A stretch of 64,000 nucleotides of DNA from positions 576,001-640,000 of the forward strand of contig CAVYJM010000006.1 in NCBI GenBank assembly GCA_963768855.1, written 5' to 3'. The translations under genes were made by a program, and so were the position numbers. Within the stretch, counting starts at the first letter, position 1. Each line of letters starts with the position of its first letter. Below the pieces are notes generated by a model, which was not told where the DNA came from, did no database searches, and saw only the letters and a program-made list of their open reading frames with translations. Source of the DNA: an uncultured Thermoplasmata archaeon (GTDB lineage: Archaea > Thermoplasmatota > Thermoplasmata > RBG-16-68-12). Shown piece after piece: positions 1 to 9,133 of this stretch.

Positions 1-75
1 ACCGCATCGATCCGGACATGGCGCGGTACTGAGGGCCGCGGAAGCCATAAGGGCCTTGGCCGCCATCCGGGTGCC

Positions 76-393
76 ATGGCCCTCGATCCCGGGACCGTGC
101 ACCGCTTCACGATGCTCGAACGGGCGGTGAAGAGCCTCGTGAAGCAGGGCCGCTTCGAGGACTCGCTCAAGCTCCTCGAGGAGATGTTCTCCATCGCCCC
201 GGAGGACGCAGGACTGTCGAAGCTCAAGGCGCGGCTCGCCGCGGAGCTGATCAAGAAGGCGGCCCAGGCGCAGAAGATCTCGGCCGCCACGAGCATCGTC
301 CAGCTCGTGGACCGGACGGTGCCCGTAGCGCATCTGGGGACCACCGAGAAGGATCTCCTCGCCCGCGCGAAGGTCGACCTCTACTCCCTGTGA
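76..393 (+). CDS. hypothetical all-helical protein (single TPR-like motif)
   Basis: 105-aa ORF with GC3-rich codons; 'GRFEDSLKLLEEMFSIAPED' resembles a TPR helix pair. Confidence 0.7.
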   Translation: MALDPGTVHRFTMLERAVKSLVKQGRFEDSLKLLEEMFSIAPEDAGLSKLKARLAAELIKKAAQAQKISAATSIVQLVDRTVPVAHLGTTEKDLLARAKVDLYSL

Positions 394-427
394 ACGCGCA
401 GCCTTATTTCTCCAGGGTGTCGTAGCG

Positions 428-1000
428 GTGGGCATGCCCCACGAGCCGTCTCCCGCGGACTACGCACGGGACCTTGCGCTCCAGCGCAAGGAGAAGGACT
501 ACTACTTCCAGACGGACCCCGACTCCCCCATCCCGCCCACGGTCCGCGGGGAGTTCAGGGGACTCGAGTACTTCCCGCCCGACCTCAAGTACCGCCTTCC
601 TGTGCGTCTCACGAAGCTCCCGAATCCGGAGGCCGTGACCTTGGCCACGTCGAAGGGCATCCCCCGGCCCATGGTCCGCTACGGGTACTTCGACTTCGAG
701 ATCGACGGCCTGAAGCAGCGCCTTTATGCGTACCAGGCCGCACCGCAACCGGGACACCACCACGAGGACGCGTCCCTGTTCGTGCCGTTCCGGGACGCGA
801 CCTCGGGGAAGGAATCGTACGGGGCCGCCCGGTACTTGGACCTCGAGGAGAACCCGACGGGCGCGTACGTCCTCGACTTCAACCTCGCCTACAACCCGTA
901 CTGCGCGTACAGCGACAACTACGTCTGCCCGTTCCCACCGAAGGAGAACTGGCTGACCGTGCCGATCCGTGCGGGAGAGAAGACCTTCCCGCTCCACTGA
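428..1000 (+). CDS. DUF1684 family protein
   Basis: Motifs FRDATSGKESYGAARYLD and LDFNLAYNPYCAY..CPFPPKEN are characteristic of DUF1684. Confidence 0.9.
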   Translation: MGMPHEPSPADYARDLALQRKEKDYYFQTDPDSPIPPTVRGEFRGLEYFPPDLKYRLPVRLTKLPNPEAVTLATSKGIPRPMVRYGYFDFEIDGLKQRLYAYQAAPQPGHHHEDASLFVPFRDATSGKESYGAARYLDLEENPTGAYVLDFNLAYNPYCAYSDNYVCPFPPKENWLTVPIRAGEKTFPLH

Positions 1001-1107
1001 ACGCTCCCAGGCGGACGCCATCCGGGCTCGCCACACCGGCGGGTGAGATCAACCTCAAACAAGGTCGACTTCCCCGCGGATCGCGCGCGAGCGGCCTGCG
1101 GCCTCGT

Positions 1108-1341
1108 TCACGCGAACGGGGCTTCCAGGAGCGTGACGGTCTGGAGGACACCCGGCGCTTGCCGGATACGCGTCGTGATCAGGCGCGCGAGCGTCGCGGT
1201 GTCCGTGGCCTGCAGGGTGAGGATGTAATCATACTCGCCGAAGAGGAAGTTGATCTCCTCGAGGCTTGCGATGCTCTGGAAGGCGTCGAGCACCTCGCGT
1301 TCCGCGCCGGTCTTCACCCGTACCAGGACGTAAGCCCGCAT
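1108..1341 (-). CDS. Lrp/AsnC ligand-binding (RAM) domain protein, stand-alone
   Basis: 77 aa, 'AYVLVRV..G.E.EV...L......FGEYDYIL....IRQAPGV..TVTL'; no HTH. Confidence 0.85.
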   Translation of the reverse strand: MRAYVLVRVKTGAEREVLDAFQSIASLEEINFLFGEYDYILTLQATDTATLARLITTRIRQAPGVLQTVTLLEAPFA

Positions 1342-1404
1342 CCCTAGCCGAGATGCCCATGGACTCGGCGGCTACAAAGACGTGTCGGCGGGCCCGCTGG
1401 GGAC

Positions 1405-2349
1405 CTAGAAGTCGTCTGTCGGATACTGGACGAACCGTCCGGACGTGCCGCCGAAGAGCCGCGGCAGGTCGCGGGTCCTCACCTCGCGGGTGAGGGGCAT
1501 GGCCATCGTGGTGTCCGAGATCCGATCGAGCCGATAGCCGAGGCTCCGGAACCTCGCCGCATCCCGGCGACACGTGATCCAGTTCGCCGTGGCAACGCCG
1601 TTCTGGGTCTTCGATTCCATGAGGCCGACCATGGCGCGGAAGTCGCGTCCCGCCGGCGCGATGACCTCTTCCATGAGTGCGCTCCTCTCCGGTCGCGTGC
1701 GGAGATACCCCACGATGCGTCCGTCGCGGACGGCAGCCCGGTACCGGCCGCGGAACCAGGAGAACGTTGAGAAGGCAGCGGGCACTTCATGAGGCGATCG
1801 CTCCGTCCAGCCGAGCAGGCCGCGGGTGATTTCCTCGTAAAGCTCCTGGAACGCCGGGAGGTCTTCCTTCCCCGTTTTGCGCAACCGGAGCGGGGCCGAC
1901 GGGCGACGCCTCTTGAGGACGACGCGGGTGCCGACGTAGAACGGCGCGAGGTCCACGTATCCGAGCTTGCGGTACACGCCGTATCCGCGAGTGTTCGAGC
2001 TCGTCGTGAGGGTGGAAATCCGCAACCCGTCCGCGCGGAACATGTCATGAACGTGCTGCATGAGGCGGCGCGCGTACCCACGCCCCCAGACGGAGGGAAG
2101 GGAGCACACGCCCTGCAGCCCGCCGACCGGCTCGACGCCCGTCGTCAGCCGGACCGGGAACCGCATCGGCACGACCTGCGCCAGGACCCGGCCTCGCTCG
2201 ACCGCGTACACCGGAAGACCGAAGGGATACCGCGGGTCCCGGCGGTAGATTCGGCGCATCTCGGACTCGTTCAGCGGCCGGCCGAAGGCGGCCGCGCCGA
2301 GCCGGTACGCATCGACCGGATCGATTTCGTCGTAGGTCCGAATCTGCAT
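1405..2349 (-). CDS. GNAT family N-acetyltransferase (Eis-like, tandem GNAT folds)
   Basis: 'VCSLPSVWGRGYARRLM' acetyl-CoA motif and 'GYGVYRKLGY'; start moved to ATG 2349 to avoid overlap with the upstream gene. Confidence 0.8.
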   Translation of the reverse strand: MQIRTYDEIDPVDAYRLGAAAFGRPLNESEMRRIYRRDPRYPFGLPVYAVERGRVLAQVVPMRFPVRLTTGVEPVGGLQGVCSLPSVWGRGYARRLMQHVHDMFRADGLRISTLTTSSNTRGYGVYRKLGYVDLAPFYVGTRVVLKRRRPSAPLRLRKTGKEDLPAFQELYEEITRGLLGWTERSPHEVPAAFSTFSWFRGRYRAAVRDGRIVGYLRTRPERSALMEEVIAPAGRDFRAMVGLMESKTQNGVATANWITCRRDAARFRSLGYRLDRISDTTMAMPLTREVRTRDLPRLFGGTSGRFVQYPTDDF

Positions 2350-2362
2350 GGGTCGCGGGCCT

Positions 2363-3715
2363 CTACGCACCGAGGGCCGCCACGGTCTCGCGGAAGACCT
2401 CCGTGTGGCGGTCCACCTGGGCCCGGGTCGTCGCGGGGCACATGAGGGCCATGTTGTGGAACGGCGTGAGCAGGATGCGCCGGTTCAGGGCCATCAGGTG
2501 GACGAACTTGTCCAAGAGGCCATCCTTCGCGCCGATTGCCTCGGCGCCGTTGCGCGGGGGCGTCTTCCGGAAGCGGTATTCCGCCCGCGCGCCGAGCTGG
2601 ACGACGTGCCACGGAAGGTTCGCATCCCCGATGACCTGCTGCACCCCCGCGCTCCAGCGGGTGGCGAGTGGGATCATGCGATCGTACGAGGCCTTCGTGA
2701 TGACCTTCTCCAGGGTCGCGCGCATCGCGGCGAGGGCGAACGCGTTGCCCGTGAGCGTTCCACCGAGGCCGTTGACCCCGGTCGTGTCGGCGACCATGTT
2801 GGCAATCGTCTTGTCGTAGATCTCCTGGCTCGCGCCGAACGCCGCGGCCGGGATGCCCCCTGCCACGGGCTTGCCGAGGGTCACCATGTCGGGCTCGAGC
2901 TTGTGGGCCGCGGTGTACCCTCCGGGCCCGGCGCACCAGGTGTGCGTCTCGTCGATGATCCACACGGTGCCCGTGCGCCGCGTGATCTGCCGCATGTCCT
3001 CGAGGTACCCGTCGTCCGGGAGGACGATGCCGCAGTTCGTGAGCGCGGGCTCCATGAGCACTGCGGCCACGTCCCGCGGAGCGAGCGCCGCCTCGAGAGT
3101 CGGCAGGTCGTTGAACTCGATGACGCGCGTCGTGGCCTCCGGGTCCACCGGTGGGGGCATGGCGCCCTCGCGAGGTACCACACGTCCGTCCACGAGCCGG
3201 ACGAGCGCCTCGTCCACGGTCCCGTGGTAACAGCCGTTGAAAACGAGGACCTTGCGGCGGCCCGTGGCCTCCCGGGCCATGCGAAGCGCGAACCGGTTCG
3301 CGTCCGTCGCGGTCATCGCGATCTGCCAGTACGGCACGCCGAACCGCCGGGCGAGCTCCTCTCCGACCCAGAACGAGTCCTCCGTGGGGAGCATCGTGGT
3401 GATGCCTTTCCGCATCTGGCGGGCGGCGGCGGCCACCGTGGCCGGAGGCGAATGTCCGAACATCGCGCCCGTGTCCCCTAGGCAGAAGTCGATGTACCGG
3501 TGGCCCTCGACGTCCGTGATCGTCGCCCCCTTCGCCTCCCTCCCGAAGATCGGGAAGGGGCCTGGCCACTCGATCATCCAGTTCATCGGCACGCCCCCGA
3601 TCATGGACTTGCGCGCGCGCTCGAAGAGCCGTTTCGATTTCGGGTGCCCTCGGACGAACCGCTTCTCCTCCTCGGCGAGGACGGTCTGGACCTTCGTTCG
3701 GTCGATAGTGGCCAT
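2363..3715 (-). CDS. class III PLP-dependent aminotransferase (GSA-aminomutase-like)
   Basis: 'FNGCYHG', 'IIDETHT', 'TLGKPVAGG' (PLP lysine), 'GGTLTGN'. Confidence 0.9.
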   Translation of the reverse strand: MATIDRTKVQTVLAEEEKRFVRGHPKSKRLFERARKSMIGGVPMNWMIEWPGPFPIFGREAKGATITDVEGHRYIDFCLGDTGAMFGHSPPATVAAAARQMRKGITTMLPTEDSFWVGEELARRFGVPYWQIAMTATDANRFALRMAREATGRRKVLVFNGCYHGTVDEALVRLVDGRVVPREGAMPPPVDPEATTRVIEFNDLPTLEAALAPRDVAAVLMEPALTNCGIVLPDDGYLEDMRQITRRTGTVWIIDETHTWCAGPGGYTAAHKLEPDMVTLGKPVAGGIPAAAFGASQEIYDKTIANMVADTTGVNGLGGTLTGNAFALAAMRATLEKVITKASYDRMIPLATRWSAGVQQVIGDANLPWHVVQLGARAEYRFRKTPPRNGAEAIGAKDGLLDKFVHLMALNRRILLTPFHNMALMCPATTRAQVDRHTEVFRETVAALGA

Positions 3716-3780
3716 GGAGTCTCCCCCGCGATGCCCGTACCGGATGGTGGGCCGGGGTCATAGTTTCTATGAATGGACCG

Positions 3781-3863
3781 CGCGGGGAGGGGGATTTGAA
3801 CCCCCGGGCGCAGAGCGCACTGGATTAGCAATCCAGCGCCCTACCAGGCTAGGCGATCCCCGC
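3781..3863 (-). tRNA. tRNA-Ser(GCT), no encoded CCA
   Basis: Reverse complement folds: acceptor GCGGGGA/TCCCCGC, anticodon arm CTGGA-TTGCTAA-TCCAG, long variable arm, GGTTCAAATCC T-arm; TTTATA box on the minus strand at ~3887-3892. Confidence 0.95.
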
Positions 3864-4005
3864 AGGCGCGCGCCCATCGGGATGCCGCTATAAACGTTTT
3901 CGGCCCGGGCCGCCGCGCTCGCCTTCTTCAGGGGATATGCGGGCACCTGATCGCGGGTCCTGGGCGGACTCGGGTCGGCCGATGGGCGGGAAAAGGGAAA
4001 AGCAA

Positions 4006-6234
4006 ATGTGGCCCGTCGTGTTGGGTGAACGCTCCCATCGCGCACCGCACCAAGGCGATGCTGTGATTCTGGTCTCCAATCGGCTTCCCGTCACCGTCAC
4101 CCGACGACAGGGCAGGCTCCAGTTCGAACCCTCTCCCGGTGGCCTGGCGGTCGGGCTCGAGGCATTCTACCGGGATCACGATGCGCGGTGGGTCGGCTGG
4201 CCCGGGGACATCCCGGAGTCCTCGCGTCGATCCGTGGACCGCAAGCTCCGCACGGAATACGGATGCTACCCGGTCTTCCTGCCGCGGGAGTTGGCGCGCG
4301 GGTACTACGCGGAGTTCTCGAACCGCACCCTGTGGCCCCTCTTCCACTCGTTCCCGACGTACGCCCGTTACGACGCGGAGAGCTGGGACGCTTACCGCGA
4401 AGTGAACCGCCGCATCGCCGACCGCGTCGCGGCCCTGGCGAAGCCCGACGAGGTGATCTGGGTCCACGACTACCACCTGATGCTCGTCCCCCGTTACCTT
4501 CGGGAGAAGAAGCCCGACGCGAAAATCGGGTTCTTCCTCCACATCCCCTTCCCTCCGTACAGCGACCTGCGGCAGCTCCCCTGGTGCCGCGAACTCGTGG
4601 ACGCGCTCCTGGGCGCGGACCTCATCGGCTTCCACACGTTCGACGACGCGCAGGCCTTCCTGAGCAGCGTGCGGCGGCTCCTCGGGCTCGACAACGAGAT
4701 CGGCCAGCTCCTCGTCGGCAAGCGGGCCGTGCAGGTCGACGTCTTCCCCATGGGGGTCGACTTCCGGCGGATCACCGCCACGCTCCGCGAGCCGCACCTG
4801 CAGGACCGTGTGGCCCGGTACCGCGAGGGGGTCGGGGCCTCGAAGCTCGTGTTCTCCCTCTCCCGGCTCGACTACACGAAGGGGATCCCGCAGGCACTGG
4901 AGGGCGTCTCGAGCCTCCTCGAGTCCCACCCGGGGTGGCGCGGCCGGTTCGTGTACCTCCTCGTCGTCGTGCCGTCGAGGGAGATTGTCGATCGGTATGC
5001 CGAGGAGAAGCGCGAGATCGACCGCCTCTGCGGAGAGATCAACAGCCGCTTCGGCACGTTCGACTGGACGCCGATCCGGTACATGTACCGGTATCTGGAG
5101 TACGAGGACCTGATCGCGCTCTACCGCGCGGCGGACGTCGCCCTGATCACGCCCCTGCGGGACGGCATGAACCTCGTCGCGAAGGAGTACCTCGCCTCGA
5201 AGGAGGATCTCCACGGCGCCCTCGTCCTGAGCGAGATGGCGGGAGCCTCCCGGGAGCTCCACGAGGCCCTCATCGTGAACCCGAACAGCCGAACCGAGGT
5301 GGCCGACGCCCTCCGAAGCGCCCTCGAGATGCCGGAGGGCGAGCAGGTCCGACGCAACCGGCTCATGCGGTCGCGGCTCGAGCAGTACGATGTGCGCCGG
5401 TGGGCGGACCATTTCCTCGAGCGGCTCGAGGAGTCCGTCTCGCTCTCCCGCTCCCTCGCCGTCCGCATCCTCACGAAGGCAGACCGCGAGACGATCGTCG
5501 CGGCATACGCCCGCGGGCACAAGCGCCTCCTGCTCCTGGACTATGACGGCACCCTCGCGCCCTTCACTCCGGACCCCGCCCAGGCCGTCCCCTCCGCCCG
5601 TGCGATGGGCCTGCTCAAGCAGCTCACCGCCTCCCCGTCGAACCGCGTCGTCGTCATCAGCGGGCGGCGGAAGGAGGATCTGTCCGTCTGGTTCGACGGG
5701 CTCTTCATGACGCTCGTTTCGGAGAACGGCGCCTGGGTGCGGCCCGCGGAGAAGGGCGAGTGGCAGGCCACGGTCGCCCTCGACACCCGCTGGAAGGACC
5801 GCATCCGCCCGATCCTCGAGCGCTTCGAGAAGCGCATCCCCGGATCATCGATCGAGGAGAAGGAGACCTCGCTCGTCTGGCACTACCGCCGCGTCGACCT
5901 GAACACGGGATCCATCGCGGCCCGGGAGCTCATCGACACGCTCACGAACCTGACGGCGAACCTCGAGCTGGTCGTCTTCATCGGGAACCAGTCCGTGGAG
6001 GTGCGGAGCAGCCGTGTGAGCAAGGGGGCCTTCTACCAGAGCCACCTTGCAGGCGGCTCGTGGGACTTCATCTTCGCGATGGGGGATGACTGGACCGACG
6101 AGACCCTGTTCAGCCGCCTTCCCGCCGACAGCTACTCCGTCCGCATCGGGCTGTCCGCATCCACCGCGCGATTCAACGTCGAGTCGACGGAGGACGCGCT
6201 CGCTCTCCTAGAGCGGCTCGGCGCCGTCGACTGA
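4006..6234 (+). CDS. bifunctional trehalose-6-phosphate synthase/phosphatase
   Basis: GT20 motifs (SNRLP, WVHDYHL, GFFLHIPFP, RLDYTKG, DGMNLVAKEY) fused to a HAD domain (DYDGTL, GDDWTDE); start uncertain (3982/4006/4021). Confidence 0.93.
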   Translation: MWPVVLGERSHRAPHQGDAVILVSNRLPVTVTRRQGRLQFEPSPGGLAVGLEAFYRDHDARWVGWPGDIPESSRRSVDRKLRTEYGCYPVFLPRELARGYYAEFSNRTLWPLFHSFPTYARYDAESWDAYREVNRRIADRVAALAKPDEVIWVHDYHLMLVPRYLREKKPDAKIGFFLHIPFPPYSDLRQLPWCRELVDALLGADLIGFHTFDDAQAFLSSVRRLLGLDNEIGQLLVGKRAVQVDVFPMGVDFRRITATLREPHLQDRVARYREGVGASKLVFSLSRLDYTKGIPQALEGVSSLLESHPGWRGRFVYLLVVVPSREIVDRYAEEKREIDRLCGEINSRFGTFDWTPIRYMYRYLEYEDLIALYRAADVALITPLRDGMNLVAKEYLASKEDLHGALVLSEMAGASRELHEALIVNPNSRTEVADALRSALEMPEGEQVRRNRLMRSRLEQYDVRRWADHFLERLEESVSLSRSLAVRILTKADRETIVAAYARGHKRLLLLDYDGTLAPFTPDPAQAVPSARAMGLLKQLTASPSNRVVVISGRRKEDLSVWFDGLFMTLVSENGAWVRPAEKGEWQATVALDTRWKDRIRPILERFEKRIPGSSIEEKETSLVWHYRRVDLNTGSIAARELIDTLTNLTANLELVVFIGNQSVEVRSSRVSKGAFYQSHLAGGSWDFIFAMGDDWTDETLFSRLPADSYSVRIGLSASTARFNVESTEDALALLERLGAVD

Positions 6235-6582
6235 ACACCGGGAACCGAAGGGACTCCCCTGTGCGCGACAGAGGATTCGCGACCCTTCGGTCGAAAGACT
6301 CATATATCACTCGTCTCTATCTGATGGAGGCTCGATAAGGCGACGTGAGGTCAGCAACGACTGAAGGCCGCCCGAGCTCGTGAGGCCGCCTTCGGCGAAG
6401 GCCCCGATCCGTGACGGGCCTGTTCTGATGCGGCCGACATCGTGGAGGTTTGAGAACCCCGCGCGATGCGTTCGCGCGTGCCCTCTCATTCCCGACGCTC
6501 GCAATCGAAAGGCAGAGGTGCATATCTGCTATCTCGCCAAATTCCTTGATTGATAGCTCAATACAGTCGTCGTGCGAGATCA

Positions 6583-8049
<1,467 letters not shown>

Positions 8050-8111
8050 AAGCTATCTCAAGGAGGCCTTGGCAAGGTAGAAGTGGGCCTCGGCCCTCGA
8101 TTGCGAGCGTC

Positions 8112-8130
8112 TAATCCACCCCTTTCTTTT
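8112..8130 (+). terminator. candidate T-rich terminator of the 16S transcript
   Basis: CCCCTTTCTTTT just after the 3' arm of the processing stem; next gene is convergent. Confidence 0.45.
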
Positions 8131-8214
8131 GGGTCATTGGGAGCGACCGCTCCGTCCGCAACTCATCTGGACGGAGCAATCCCGTTTGGCGCCCGTCTCC
8201 CGAGAGTCCGCCTC

Positions 8215-9018
8215 TCAGGACATCCCCTGGACGAGCGAGTACCGGTTGTCGCTCGGGTCGAGGAACTCCGCCTCGATCCCGCCCCAGGCTGCCTTCTCCG
8301 CCCGCTGGGAGAAGCGGACGCCCCGGGCCAGGAGCGCGTCTTGGAGCCGGTGGATGTCGCGGGTCGAGAAGATCACGGACGTGCTCTCGCCGATGTGGGA
8401 CAGGTCGTCCGCGTAGTCCTTCGGGTCGTCGTACATCTCTTTGTTCGGGGTGAAGGGCATGAGGGACGTGCCGCGGGGACTCAGGCTGTAGAAGCGCATC
8501 CCCTCGTCACCGCGTCCCCCTTTCATGCCCAGGGACTTCGTGAAGAACTCGCCCGTGCGGGCGGCGTCGCGACTCGCGACCGTCACCCACTGCAGGGAGA
8601 GCAGGCCCGCCCTCCGGACCTTGGGCTTGGGGGGTTCAAGCACGAAGATCGAATTCCCGTCCGGGTCGTAGACCGTGGCGATCTGGGCTCTCCCCGCCGG
8701 TCCGGGACCTTCCACCTTCACCTTCTTCCGCCGGAAGGCCTCGATCGTCGACTCGAGGTTCGTGGTCAGGAACCCGATCCCGGTCACGATGCCGATCGAC
8801 TTCTCGGCCTCGTCGTAGGCGTCGTCCCACATCTCGCGGGTCGGCTTCCAGAGGTTCAGGCTCGCGTCGGCCCCGCCCTTCGTGGCGCCGACCTCCAGGT
8901 ACTGCCATTTCGGGATCGAGCTGCGGACCTTGAGCCCGAGCTTCCTCGTGTAGAACTCCTTCGCCTTCTTCTGGTTTCGGACGAACACGCCGACATTGCT
9001 GAGTGAATCGATCTTCAC
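8215..9018 (-). CDS. VOC (glyoxalase/bleomycin-resistance) family protein, two domains
   Basis: Two repeats of 'V.V.....A.EF.T..LG....' ending in 'DPDGN' and 'DPSDN'. Confidence 0.85.
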   Translation of the reverse strand: MKIDSLSNVGVFVRNQKKAKEFYTRKLGLKVRSSIPKWQYLEVGATKGGADASLNLWKPTREMWDDAYDEAEKSIGIVTGIGFLTTNLESTIEAFRRKKVKVEGPGPAGRAQIATVYDPDGNSIFVLEPPKPKVRRAGLLSLQWVTVASRDAARTGEFFTKSLGMKGGRGDEGMRFYSLSPRGTSLMPFTPNKEMYDDPKDYADDLSHIGESTSVIFSTRDIHRLQDALLARGVRFSQRAEKAAWGGIEAEFLDPSDNRYSLVQGMS

Positions 9019-9133
9019 GATGGAGAGTCTTCCCCCTCGCGCGGCGACCAGAGGAGACCCAGGCGGATAAACTTCGCGACCCCGGATCCCCGCAAAGGCC
9101 TAAGACCCCGCTGGGCGTTCGAGCCGCGTCCCG

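Noticed and set aside
1405-3715. ectA/ectB assignment
   Set aside because: The aminotransferase is GSA-like, the acetyltransferase is a ~314-aa tandem GNAT rather than EctA-sized, and no ectC is present
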